A DNA stretch of 64,000 nt from the human T2T-CHM13v2.0 reference genome, Homo sapiens. Shown here in pieces: positions 15,170-30,974 of this stretch. The notes below the pieces were generated by a model. The model was given only the letters and a program-made list of their open reading frames with translations. It was not told where the DNA came from and searched no databases. The first letter of the stretch is position 1. Each line of letters begins with the position of its first letter. Made by a program: the position numbers and the translations under genes. The stretch lies in assembly GCF_009914755.1 (NCBI RefSeq), contig NC_060928.1. One strand, 5' to 3'.

Positions 15170-16399
15170 GGTAAATCGTTGAAACTTGAATGGGGTGAGA
15201 AGATTAAACAGCAGTCACATGCCAGCATTAACCTAATGACCAGACCCCTGCCATTCCCAGCTCACAGAAATGTAAACTGCTTCGAGTAGGAAGCTGCAAA
15301 CAAATGCATATTTTGTTTGAGCCTTGGAGGAACTCAGTAAGTACTTCTTGCCTTCCTCCTTCTTCCTTCTTAGAAGGACACCAATGGGAAACATTCCCCT
15401 GGGTTCATCTAACGTGGTCTGGTCTGGAAAGCATCAGAACCCTGTGAGAAGCATAAAGGACATTTTATTCTTGTCCCTGAGTAGGAGCGTATTTGAGAAG
15501 GTTTTGTTTCCTGCTGCCCTGGGGTTGTCTCAGAGGAGGGTCTGTAAACATCCATTCGCAGTACCTTGGATGTGATTCTCTTTCAAAGCATTCACGAGGA
15601 GCCTGGGGCCAGGTTCCTCCTGTGCTTGGCTGGCTTTACCCCAGTACAGCTCAGGGACACTGATAGTGCCAGTCTAGTCTCCTTTAGATTTACAGCTTTT
15701 AATTCTAGCACAGTGTAACCTCGAGGCAGCTACGGGGTATATCAGAGCCTCCCACAACCAGGAGTCTGTTTCTCTTGGGGTCTCTTTCTGCCATTCACTA
15801 TCCATCTGTAGAAAAAAAAAAAATAATCCCCACAGTCGCAGATCAGTGTAGATGGGGACGTAAGTGAAAATGCTTTGCAAACTCTGGGATGGGGAGGTTT
15901 ATTGGGTCTCGTTCACAAACAGCCACTTTTCTCATCACAGAGGCCTCCCCAAAAAATCACCCAGGGGAATAAATTCCCACGCCAATCATGGAGAAAACCA
16001 AAGAACTATCCATCGCAAAGATTAAGGTCCTTTTTTTATACCCAGGCCCTATGAAATAAAAACAAGTCAACATGGCTGTTTGGGTGGCTAGAGAAAGAAA
16101 AAGACAAACATTACTTTAGCATTGTCCACACATTCAATTGTACTATGGAGTATTTACAGACCAGGCTCTTAAGAAAACAGGGATGAACAAACCAGACAAG
16201 TACTTGCCCTAGAAAAGCTTACCATCTGGCCGGGTACAGTGGCTCACGCCTGTAATCCCAGCACTTTGGGAGGCCAAGGCAGGTGGATCACCTGAGATCA
16301 GGAGTTTGAGACCAGCCTGGCCAACATGGTGAAACCACGTCTCTACTAAAAATACAAAAATTAGCCGGGCGTGGTGGCAGGTGCCTGTAATCCCAGCTA

Positions 16400-16661
<262 letters not shown>

Positions 16662-16920
16662 TTATTACGCCCATTTTACTGATGAGGAAATTAGAGACCA
16701 GAGAAATCGATACATAAAATAATTTCTTTAAAAGCACCTAATGTAATAGATTGCTTTGCAGCTTTTAGTTCTCTGGTTCCTCTCTACTTCCTGCCTCACA
16801 GGTATTCCACTAGTGGCCAGGACCTGGGTTTGACTTCAGATGTCCTGCTTTTCTTATTTGCCCTGCTGGGGCGAAAAGGACTGCCAGACCTCTCTGGGAT
16901 TCAGAGCAAACAAATTATCT

Positions 16921-17010
16921 TAGATGCTGATAGATGCTGATAGATGCATCATATGCTGATAGATGCTGATAGATGCATCATATGCTGATAGAATGATGCT
17001 GATAGAATGA
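16921..17010. repeat. Short tandem repeat built on a TGCTGATAGA unit
   Basis: Six TGCTGATAGA units, including a 29-nt higher-order unit TGCTGATAGATGCTGATAGATGCATCATA present twice. Confidence 0.9.
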
Positions 17011-19308
17011 TTAATCAATTCTGCTTTCAAGTGAGTTGCCTCTAATGTGTAGGAAACAACTATATCTATTCAAATTCAAAATGAGACCTCCAGGATTCAA
17101 AAGACTCTATGTTTAGAATTTTAAACCTCTACTTATCTGTGCTTTCTGATTTTTCTGCTCTAGCCCTGTAATAGAGTAGTTAAGCTGACACTTTTCTTGC
17201 TGTGGGAGCGTAGCTAAGCTATTTCACTTCTCCGAGCCTCAGTTTCCTCATTTGTAAGCATGAGAGAGGGTGTCCATGAGCAACAGAACAAAGAATATGT
17301 ATAAAGCCACCGGCACATAGTCTGCACCCCATATAGGTGGCTGTTGTCATTTATCACCATGAATCATGTGTTGTCATTTATCACCATGAGTCGTGTGTAG
17401 GGTCATGGATTTCAAGCTAGAAACTTAAATTTAATTCCTAGTGGGAGACATCTAAAACTCTTGGAACCTGGATTTCAAATGTGAAAGGCAAGTGAGCAAC
17501 AGCTTTCCTAGGGCAGCACTGGGTGTCAGGCTAAGGCAGAGTCACCTCTCAGTGAGAAAGTAGAAAGAACTGGTGCATTAACACTCCTGAGAAATGATTT
17601 GAATTTCTACTTTTTTCTTCTTTTTTAAAAAATAATTTAATTTAGAGACAGAGCCTTGCTATGTTGCCCAGACTTATCTCCAACTCCTAGCCTCAAGCAA
17701 TCCCCCCATAATGGCTCCCAGAAGTGCTGGGATTACAGGCATGAGCCACTGCCCCAGCCTCGAATTTCTAAATAATGACATATATTAAAAAATAATAAAA
17801 TCTCTATTAAACATGAGGTCCTGAGCCCTGTGTTATGGCCCAAGAATGTGGGGGTTGAGTGAGATTTGCCCTTTGCCAATAAGTATTTTTTAATTATAGT
17901 TAATGCACTTCCTACTATGAAGGCCGAGGACTGGGCACTCTTTACCACCCTCTCCACATCACTCCACATTCCCCAAATTCCCTCTCCCCCGTCATCCTAA
18001 TATGATTATTTCTCAATTTTTAAAAATCAAATCTGGATATGGTTTCAATCATTATGTGGATATAATTCTTTCTTTTTAAAAGATGAATTATATACATTAT
18101 GGACATTATGGATACTTTATTAAATCAGTCTATTCACATACTGTTTTTTCTCCAATCTTTTGCTATTGTAATGAATATCCAATATTTGATCCACGCTTTG
18201 AGCACATGTGGGAGTGCTTCTGGAAAATAAATTCCTAGAAGTGAATTTGCTTTAGTAGATGTTGCCAAATTGCCCTCTAACAAGGTTACATGAATTAATA
18301 TTTCTATGAGACTTGAGAGTGCCTCTTCCTTACACCATTGTCAACACGGTGTTTTAGCAAACATTTTGATCTTTGCCATTCACATAGGTGACTGTTTTCT
18401 ATTGTAAGAGTTTTGGTAAGCATTACTATGTTAGTCGTGTGTCCTAAGGATTGCCTGGTTAAGAAAGGGGATAATGAAACAATTTAAAAATCAGGCACAA
18501 GCGGCAGGGTCTGGTGGCTCACGCCTGTAATCCCAGCACGGGCAGATCACTTGAGGCCAGGAGTTTGAGACCAGCCTGGTCAACATGGTGAAACCCCCGT
18601 CCCTGCTAAAAATGCAAAAATTAGCCAGGCATGGAGGCGGGTGCCTGTAATCCCAGCTATTGGAAAGGCTGAGGCATGAGAATTGCTTGAATCAGAGAGA
18701 AGGAGGTTGCACCAAGCCGAGATGGTGCCACTGCACTCCAGCCTGGGTGACAGAACAAGATTCTGTCTTTAAAAATAAAAATAAATAAAAATCAGCACAA
18801 GCTACTGTGTCTGAAACAAAAAGGGGCTGAGAGTTTGAAAAGAGAAAAAAAAAATCTAAGGGACATTAAGATGGGATAGAAGCACAGGGAAGAAAGACGC
18901 TTTACAAAGACAAACTCACTGGAAAGGAGCTCATCTTCCAGGGTAAAGTTTCCAATGCTGATTAGATAACCATAGGGAGATAAAAATAAATGGAAATTCA
19001 GAACTGGAAAGAAACATCAGAACGCACAATGTAAACGTGGAGTGCCTGAAAATGTGTCACCTAACGGGACACCTAATGGGAAAAACAAAAACTCTAGTTC
19101 TCAGGACTGGGAGACGCCAACCTTCAGTGACTAAGAGAGGCAGGTGAACCAGCAAAGGAACTAGTTCCATCAGGGTGGGTATTCAGCAGGAACCTTGGAG
19201 CAATTGCAGAGGAATGAGTATGCTCAGAAGTTCTGTAGCTTTCATAATGTTCAATTCTTCATGTAAAACTACTAAAGATCATGACTTGACACTGTTGATA
19301 CCATACAG

Positions 19309-19766
19309 TTGTGAACAACAGTTCTCAGAAAAGGAATTTGGAGTAAAGAATTTATTCCAGTTAACGGTTTGCAAACCAGGGAAACACAGCCTCCGGTGTA
19401 AAAGGAAGGTGTATTCCAGAGAAGAAAGGGAAGGCTCAGATTTTATAGCAAAAGTTCCCACCCAGGTTTCCAGTCAGGTCTGTTTGGGTAAATAAAGGAT
19501 TCAAATTCACTTAGTTCTGATTGGTGGATACAGCTGAACCCTGATTAGCTGGTACAGCTGAGCCCCGATTGGTCATTACAGCTGAGCCCTGATTGGCTGA
19601 GGCAGATCTCAAAGATAAAAAGGTGTGGGTTTTCAAGGAACTCAGAAGATGCGTGTGACCCCCTAGTCAGTAAATGGCCACTTGGCCCTACTTTAAATTT
19701 AGAGCCAGTTAACCACTCAGGACCCATCTTGAAGGACGGGCTCTTTCAGGGTCACATTTGTTCTCA
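19309..19766 (-). mobile_element. Solo LTR (ERV1-type) with tandem CCAAT (CTGATTGG) repeats, in CLRN2 intron 1
   Basis: TG...CA termini; repeated (C)CTGATTGG units at 19515-19600; colinear similarity to 33590-34090. Confidence 0.7.
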
Positions 19767-20615
19767 TAGTATATTGAACTATAATCTTATATAGAATTAA
19801 GAGTTGCCTTCCCCAAACACAAGCAATTAATGTCTCCAAGCCTGTGGGTATAAGGAGTTTATAAAATCTACCTCATGTCTTTGTCATGCACATTGAACAA
19901 GATGACGATGTAAAATGTTTGGCCCATGACTGCACTTAGTAAATGTTGATTATCCTCAATTCATATGCAGGGATTACTATCCCCATTGTACTGATGAAGA
20001 AATTGAGGCTTGAGAAGTCACATGACTTTCCCAAGACTGTCAAAATATAACAGCAATAACCACAGCTGCCATTTTTGAGAACTGACTTTCCCAGGCACTA
20101 TTTGAGCTACTCTATTATGTTATGTCATTTCATCTTCACAGCTGGTACTGCTGGCAAACATAGAGAAAACAAATATGAATTAAGATTTCACTAACTTATT
20201 TTGCCATACTCATAAGGCAAATTAATATTTTAATAAAACGTTGTGCAACGTGAGAATTATGTGTCCTTCATACATGGGGATAAGCCAGGGTCTACCTTGC
20301 TAAGTCACTGGGGCCTGTGTGCATCAGTTCACATCAGATCCCAGAGCTTCAAGCTCAATGCAACTTAAATTGACAGCCAGGGCATATTTTGATTTTGTGT
20401 CCACTCTAAGGAACAGAGGCTTGTTGGTCAACTGACAAGCATGAATCTGGGGGCCATGAGTTCATCTCAGAAAGTCTCCCGCTGTTTGAAATCCCCACGC
20501 TTGCTGTCTTGCCCTCACCCCTGTCTGTCGAAGCCTTCGTGGTAAGCAAGCTTGGACTTCATGAAAGTGAGTCTAACTCTGACATTGAAATAGTGGCTGT
20601 GTCTTGTCTCCCCAG

Positions 20616-20795
20616 TCTTCCCACACCTGGTGAAGGAGCTCAACGCAGGCCTTCATGTGATGATTCTGCTGCTCCTCTTCCTGGCCTTGGCCCTGGCTCT
20701 GGTCAGCATGGGCTTTGCCATTCTTAACATGATCCAGGTCCCGTACCGGGCAGTCAGCGGTCCTGGGGGCATCTGCCTATGGAATGTCCTGGCAG
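20616..20795 (+). CDS. CLRN2: Clarin-2, coding exon 2
   Basis: CCCCAG acceptor ending 20615; 180 nt encoding (I)FPHLVKELNAGLHVMILLLL...GPGGICLWNVLA; GTAAG donor at 20796; phase 1/1 fits exons 1 and 3. Confidence 0.97.
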
Positions 20796-21954
20796 GTAAG
20801 AAGTCCCTTAGGGAGAGAAAATTATGTCCACACCATCATAGGGCTGGGCTCCAAGTAGTTGGGCAGAAGGTGTGAAGGAACTAAAATGCCCCACTGGAGC
20901 CTTGACCTTCCTGGGTCTAAGACCTTCTTGATGGGCATGGAATGAATGTCCTCTTTTTCTTTTTCTTTTTTTTTTTTTTCTTTGAGACAGGGTCTCACTT
21001 TGTCACCCAGACTGAAGTGCAGTGGTGCGATCTCAGTTCACTGCAGCCTTGACCTCCTGGGCTCAAGTGATCTTCCCACCTCAGGCCCCCAAGTAGCTGG
21101 GAGTACAGGCGTGCACCACCATGCCCAGCTAATTTTTTGTATTTTTTGTAGAGACAGGTTTCACCATGTTGCCCAGGCTAGTCTCAAACTCCTAAGCTCA
21201 AGGGATCCACCTGTCTTAGCCTCCCAAAGTGCTCAAGAATTTCCTCTTTAAGTTGCAGAGTCTGTCACAACAAAGAAGCATCTTATTAGAGTACGTGAAT
21301 GGCTGAGGGCTTAGAGCAGTGAAGAGAGATCGAGGTGAAAGAAGAAGCCAGAAGACAGAGAGCTGGAAGTAGGGAGAGGTGGGGGCCCTGAGATGGGAAA
21401 GAGATGGAGCTGGTGCTGCAGCTAAGGCTGGGAGGAACTCCACAAATGACAGAAGAGAAGGGTAGTGTGAGCAAGAGGCCATTCGTGAAAGGCTCCTCCA
21501 TTCAGGCTCTGGGTTGAGAAGGGGAAGTGAGTGCCATCTAGTTGCCAAGGTCTTTGGTGTTCCCCCCACACACACACTTGGGCATATTAATGCAGACGTG
21601 GCTCACTGGCTGTCTCAACTCTCCCTCCTCTCACCTCCCCAACACCTTCACTGCACCATGCCCTTAAACTAGATGCAACTTACTGAGCAACCACTAAGGG
21701 CTGGGCAGGGACCTGGAGATTTTGCATGCATTGCTTCATTTAAATCTCACCACATCCCTATGGGAGGTATTATTAGACCCACAATTACAGATGAAGAGCC
21801 TGAGGCTCAGAGAAGTTAAACAGTCGCACCACAATGAGTGGCAGAGGTGGTATTCCAACCTAGGTGTAACTGATTCTAAGCTCTTTATTTTTCCACAGAT
21901 CCATGCTCTCATTTATGACCATCATGACCTGTTTTCCAAGCCAAAAACTACAAG

Positions 21955-21955
<1 letters not shown>

Positions 21956-21991
<36 letters not shown>

Positions 21992-21992
21992 C
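21956..21992. repeat. (TG)n(CG)n microsatellite in CLRN2 intron 2
   Basis: TG run followed by CGCGCGC; alternating purine-pyrimidine tract. Confidence 0.95.
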
Positions 21993-22506
21993 ATGTTGAT
22001 TTGGGAGTATATTGATGCACAGAAATTAATTCACATTTAATTATGCACTTAACAAATCATCTGTAATGAAAATAACAGAATCTTGTGAAATGAGGGCTGT
22101 CACAGAAAACTCAGGTCAAATATTCAAGGTACCATTAGAACAATAATCCCTCGCTATGATTACCTTATACAAGAATAATATAAAAACAGGTAATGTTATT
22201 TTATTATGTATTATAATGTATATCAATCAATCAATTATTATGTATTTGCCTTTGTTTGCAGATGGTAGCCACCCTGTAGAATTGTTTACATACATGGCTT
22301 ACCCTCATCAAGACTACAGGTGTCTTCCTCATCTGCATGAATCCTCACAGAGGCTGTCATGTAAAAAGTGCTCAACGCTGCTTATTAAATAAATACTTAT
22401 CTCTGTCCATTCCTTTCCTTAGAGAGATAGCACTCTCAGACTCTACTGATGAGAGTATTAGCAACAGGCAAAAAAGCCTGGGCAACACAGCAAGACCCCA
22501 TTTCTA

Positions 22507-22743
<237 letters not shown>

Positions 22744-23245
22744 TTATTTCTTGCCACTGAGCTTAAAAAAACAACAACACTGTAGTGTCAGAAGGCAGAA
22801 AAAGGTGAATAGCCTTTGAATATCTTTTGACTAAACAATTCCATGTTTGAATTTATGCTAAGGAAATACTGGACAAGAGAACAAGGATGTACATAAAATG
22901 GTATTTGCTGTAGCACTTTATAATATCAAAAAATTAGAAGTAATCTAGACATCCAGAAATAAGGTCATACTTACATAAATTATAGTGTGTGACCTTATTT
23001 CTATAATTTAGTAGAGACTGTTTAGTCTCTACTAAAAATACTTACATAAATTATAGTGTGTAGTGCATAAAATACTATGCACTCATTTATAGTCATGCTG
23101 TAAGCCTGGCACGGTGGCTCGCGCCTGTAATCCCAGCACTTGGGGATGCTGAGGCAGCAGGATTGCTTGAGCTCAGGAGTTCAAGACCAGCCTGGGCAAC
23201 ATAGTGAGACCTCATCTCCACAAACAAACAAACCAACAAAAATCA

Positions 23246-23485
<240 letters not shown>

Positions 23486-24089
23486 TCAAATTTAAAATCA
23501 AAGTAAGAACACCATAATACTAATTTTCTTAAAGAGAAAGAAACATAAAGAAAAACACTAAAATGTTCAAAGGGTTCAAGCTGGCTTTTAGGATAAAAGT
23601 AAATTTGCTTATGATTTTCTCTGGTGTCCAAATTTTTCTTCGATGAAGATATACTAATCTTTTAAGAAGCATCATAAATGTGTTATTAAAAATATTAATT
23701 AAAATTGAAACCAGAGGAAGAGAGGGGGAGAGAGAGAGAGAGACAGATTCCTCCCAGAAAGTCAAAGTTTCAAGCAAAACATAGGGAAGTAGTTTGGAAT
23801 TCTTCCAGTTTTCCCCTCCCTCCTTTCCTTTTTCTATGAATGGTCATCCTTATCCTTAAGCATGGAAGGAGGATAATTAAACAGGAGAGCAACAGTTTTT
23901 CTTACATCTTGCCACATAGCCTTCACGGTCTTCATAGAAATCCTAGGATATTTTAGACAATGAACTTCTCCAAACGTGGATCCTTAGGAAGCATGGTACT
24001 GGGTAAGGGGAAAAATTGGAAGAGTGGGCCGGGTGCGGTGGCTCACACCTGTACTTCCAGCACTTTGGGAGGCCAAGGTGAATGGATCA

Positions 24090-24466
<377 letters not shown>

Positions 24467-24565
24467 TTAACCCAAAGCAAGTTTGTCACACGTGGCACAG
24501 AAATGCCACCTCTTACAGAGTTGCAAAAAGGAGCCGTGAATGAGGGTGACCTTTTTGAGTTTCAG

Positions 24566-24831
24566 GCGGCGTCGTGGCGTTAGCCATCGCCAGCTTCGTG
24601 GCTGCGGTGAAATTTCACGACCTGACGGAACGAATCGCCAACTTTCAGGAGAAGCTCTTCCAGTTTGTGGTGGTGGAAGAACAGTATGAAGAGTCGTTTT
24701 GGATCTGCGTGGCCAGCGCTTCGGCCCATGCTGCAAACTTGGTCGTGGTGGCGATCAGTCAAATTCCCCTCCCTGAGATTAAGACCAAAATCGAAGAGGC
24801 CACGGTCACAGCTGAGGATATCTTGTATTAA
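24566..24831 (+). CDS. CLRN2: Clarin-2, coding exon 3 (to stop)
   Basis: TTTCAG acceptor ending 24565; 266 nt to TAA; total CDS 253+180+266=699 nt, i.e. a 232-aa tetraspan protein ending EDILY. Confidence 0.97.
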
Positions 24832-25741
24832 TAGCCTTCCCCTGTTCACAACCTGTCCTAAGTCAGTTCTGTGTGCGAATGGAGTCCTCATGTTTTTGCA
24901 GCCTTCCCACTCCATCATGGCTATGTTCTCAGCAGTAAGAAAAAGGATGTGAAGGACCAAGGCTGTTGCCTGGGCCAGAAAAGAAAAACTTGCCCGGAAT
25001 CCCCAGCGTCCTTGCATTCCTCTCTCATGACCTTGGAGTTCAAGTTGCAGCTGGAGACTCTGCCACTTGCCGGCTGTGTGTGACATTAGACAATTCACTT
25101 AATGTCTACGTCTCTGTTTCTTCATCTGTAAACTAAGCACAGTAACAACTTCGCAAGGCTATTGTGAAATTTAAATGGGTGATGATATTGCCAGATTCTG
25201 CATTCTGTAGAGCACTTGACAAATATAAGATACTACATACTCCAATAAGTGTCTGTAGATCCCTGGTCGATTCCATACAATATTGGGCTGGTGAGTGGGG
25301 AAGAATTCTAAGAGGAATATGATACTGTTCCCGTTCCTGCCCTCCAGAAACACCTATCTTTCTACATGACACAGGACTTAGCAACGGTAACACTAAGAAT
25401 GTAAGTAACTGCCATTTTTTGAGTGGTTACTATGTGCTAGACACTGTTCTAACTCATTTATTAACTCATTAGGTCCTAATGGCAAAAACAGCAATTACTT
25501 TTGCACCAACCTAATAATAGAACAGCCATAAGGGACCGAGGAGGGAATTAAATCTTGAGGATGGGATGTGGTATTAAAGAAAGTATCACAGCGTGAACAT
25601 TTGATCTGAGCTTTGAAAGATGAGTAGACTTTTTCCAGTGGTGAAGGAAGCAAGGTTAAAGAAGGGCATTCCAGGATGCGTCAGTAAAAAGGCTGGGCAC
25701 AGGGCATGAAATTACAAGGAGGGACTGGGCACAGTGGCTCA

Positions 25742-26034
<293 letters not shown>

Positions 26035-26129
26035 TTAGAAGCATGTGAGTACTCAATGGGATTAGAATGTCGCTTTAATCACCTGTTGGAGAAATTCGGC
26101 TGTTTTGTGTTGGGTTTTCCTAAGTGCCA

Positions 26130-26513
26130 CTGGAATGATTAATTTTATGTGTCACTTTGGATGGACCACAGTACCCAGATATTTGGTCAAACACTTCTAG
26201 ATGTTTTTTCAAAGGTATTTTTTGATGAGATTAACATTTAAATTTGTGTATTTTGAGTAAAACAGATTACCATCTGTAATTGGATGGAATTCCCTCATCC
26301 AATCAGTTGAAGGCCCTAATAGAAAAAAGGCCTCGCTCCCCTGCGGGAGAGAGAATTCTGCCAGTAGACTTTTTGGACTCACACTGCAACTGTCACTGTA
26401 TCTCCAGCCTGCCCACCAAGCCTCAAGATCCTGGAATTGCTGGCCTCCTGAGTCACGTGAGACAATTCCTTAAAATATCCCCCTCTTTCTCTCTGTCACT
26501 ACACACACACACA

Positions 26514-26550
<37 letters not shown>

Positions 26551-26590
26551 CCTGTTGGCTCTGTTCCTCTGGAGAACCCTGACTAACAGA
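26130..26590 (+). mobile_element. MLT2-type (HERV-L) solo LTR containing a (CA)n tract
   Basis: TTAATTTTATGTGTCA...GAGATTAACATTTAAAT...CTCTGGAGAACCCTGACTAA signature; (CA)n at about 26500-26549. Confidence 0.8.
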
Positions 26591-26689
26591 GGTACACAAC
26601 TCTATGAACTCATTTTCCCATGGTGCTAGCTTGGATGAATCTTTTCCCAGGTCCCCTATCTTCATGTCATGCAAAAGTTATCTAATGCG

Positions 26690-27126
<437 letters not shown>

Positions 27127-27635
27127 TGATCTAATTCCCCAGATTAGCTCCATCTAAAATGACACCTGATTTGGTGACTTCAGGAAGTGCTCATGTCATC
27201 TCTCTCTTCTTTATAATTCCTTGCTGGGCTCACCTGCCCCTTTCAGCCCTCTTTCCACATCCCAGGCATAGCTTCAGCACTATTTAGTGGACTGATGTCA
27301 CTCACCAAAGATGCAGATGGCACATGGCTAGAAGAGACAGTTATGTGATAGGAGACGGATCCAAAAGATAGTGACAGACTGCCAAGCTGTCTTGAAAACC
27401 AGAGGAAATGTCAATATCGTATCAAGTTTGAACACAAAGTCCTGCTGACAGGTTTTTTTAAAATCAACATAAATACAGAAAATCTGACAACAGTTTATAT
27501 GACAAGTGTCTGAGGATCTTGGTACATTTATTCATTCAACAGTATTGATACTGATCTAGGTGCTGGGACTAAAGCAGTGAACTGACAAAAATCTCTGCCC
27601 TCCAGACATTTCATTCTCCCAGCAGCTGGGGATGA

Positions 27636-27749
<114 letters not shown>

Positions 27750-27997
27750 TGAGTCTAGGAGTTCAGCCTGGACAACATGGTGAGACCCTCTCTCTCTATT
27801 TCCAAAAATAAAAATAAAAATAAAAAGTCATCAGGACCATAGCCTTTGAACTGATCACTGCCTTCAGTCATATGCAGACCATCATGCCAACAAGGGAGCA
27901 GAGTGGGCTGGGTGCAGTGGCTTACGCCGGTAATCCCAGCACTTTGGGAGGCTGAGGCGGGCGGATCACCTGAGGTCAGGAGATCAAGACCAGCCTA

Positions 27998-28183
<186 letters not shown>

Positions 28184-28256
28184 TCAAAAAAAAAAAAAGA
28201 GGGGGGGCAGGGTGAATTCAGTTTTGCTTCTAAGTGTAGATTAGGATTGACTTTAA

Positions 28257-28758
<502 letters not shown>

Positions 28759-28929
28759 TAAATGAGATTCCTATGTGGCATTTAGTAGGTTGAGAGTGGG
28801 GGTGGGAAGAAGGGAGATTAAATATCTGGGTCACAAAATTCACTTGCATTATTTTTCAAATGCACAGAGGAAAATGTAGCTCCTTTATCTTGACTATAAT
28901 TAATTTGGTCACTCTATGAGTAAATAAAT

Positions 28930-29647
28930 AGTAGCTTCAGGAAGGGGGCTGGTCACAGGAAAAGACCAAGGCAGGATTAGAGGGTTGGGACTTCCAGCCT
29001 CACCCACACCCATGACTTCTGGGACGAAAGAGGGGCTCAAGGTTAAGTTGATCACCAATGGCCAATGCTTAATCAATCATGCCTACATAATGAAGCCTCG
29101 GCAGAAAACCAAAAGAACTGGGTTTGGAGAGCTTCCAGATGGCTGAGTATGTGGAGGTTCCTGGAGGGAGGTGCACCCAGGGAGAGCATGCAAGCTCCGC
29201 GCTCCTTCTCCCATACCTTGCTCCATGCATCTCTTTATCTGTATCCTTTGTGATATCCTTTGTAATAAACCAGTAAATAGAAGTGTTTCCCTGAGTTCTG
29301 TGAGCTGCCCCAGCGAATTAGCCAAACCCAAAGACGAAGTTGTGGATTTGGCTAATTTGAGGCCAATCAGTCAGAAGTTCCAGAAACCCAGACTTGCGAC
29401 TAGTGTCTGAGGGAGGAGGGACAGCTTTGGGGACTGAGCCCTCAGCCTGTGGGACCTGATGCTATCTCCACATGGATAGTGTCAGAACTGACTTACAGCA
29501 CACCCACCTGGTGTCTGCTGCAAAACGGATTGCTTATTTGTTGATGGAGGGAAATTCCCCACATTTGGTCATAGAAGTCTTCTGTATTAATTGTTGTTGA
29601 GAGTAGTTTGAGAGCTCAGAAAAACACTGAGTTCTTTCCTCTCAGAG
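28930..29647 (+). mobile_element. MER21-like LTR
   Basis: GGGGCTGGTCAC...GATTAGAGGGTTGGGACTT; TAATAAACCAGTAAA...TTTCCCTGAGTTCTGTGAG poly(A)-signal region. Confidence 0.7.
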
Positions 29648-30316
29648 GTCACCATCTTGTGTGGGCCAGGCACTGTACACTTTCTCCTTAATTCTGACAA
29701 TTATTCAAGATAAATAACATTATCTTTTTTTAACAGATGGGTAATTTTAGGTTTGGAGAATTTAAGGAACTTGCTCAGCCCCATTGCTAATAAGTAATGG
29801 AGAAAGACTTCAGCCCTCATTTATATGACGTCAAGGCCACCACTTTTGCAATACACCAAGATTATTGCCTTGAATCACTCTTGAGGCTTCTTCTCAGGAT
29901 TTCTGCAAGTGGCTGTGCAGGTTGCACCCCGCCCAAGGGAGGTGCAAGTATAGGGGGTGAGGGACCAGCCCATGCGCCCCTGGCTTGTCCTGGCCTCATC
30001 CACAAAGGTGCTTTCTCCTAAAGGGGATGCCTTTTCCTAAGGCTCACAAAGGTGTCCAGTGGCCTGCAGTGCACTATCCCTTCCAGCCGACCAGTCCATG
30101 CAAAGTCAAAATGTTAGTCATAACATTATTTTATGACATTAATTAGAATGTGATGATGATTAATTTGCATATGCCCTTTAAAAATAATTATCCTATGCAT
30201 ACATTTGTATGCTTGCTAATGATATGATATTACTAATACTAACTGCAGGGGCCAAAGCCAATAAACTTTAGCTGCAATTAAGAAAAGTAATTTGTTACTG
30301 GTGAAAAGAAGTTCTA

Positions 30317-30692
<376 letters not shown>

Positions 30693-30974
30693 TTATCAAG
30701 ACTTTTGGATAGCAAGGATCTTTCCATGTCAAATCAGAGCAGAGTTATATGTTACAAATATACTTCTCTCTCTTTCAAGAAAAATGTGAAACTATGAAGA
30801 GTAAATTAAACAACTCCTCACACTTCCAAAAGCATATAGTAAAAATGCTAACTCCTTCAATTTAAAAAATCCTGTTTTCTATATCATAAATAAGGTCACT
30901 GCAAAGAGGTTGATGGTTAATGAGAACTAACCCATGCTTTAGCAAAAATGTGCAACATAATCCAAAAAGACAAT

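Noticed and set aside
16921-17010. Repeat arrays (also 53684-53808) as CRISPR-like structures
   Set aside because: Eukaryotic DNA, no unique spacers and no cas genes; these are ordinary tandem repeats
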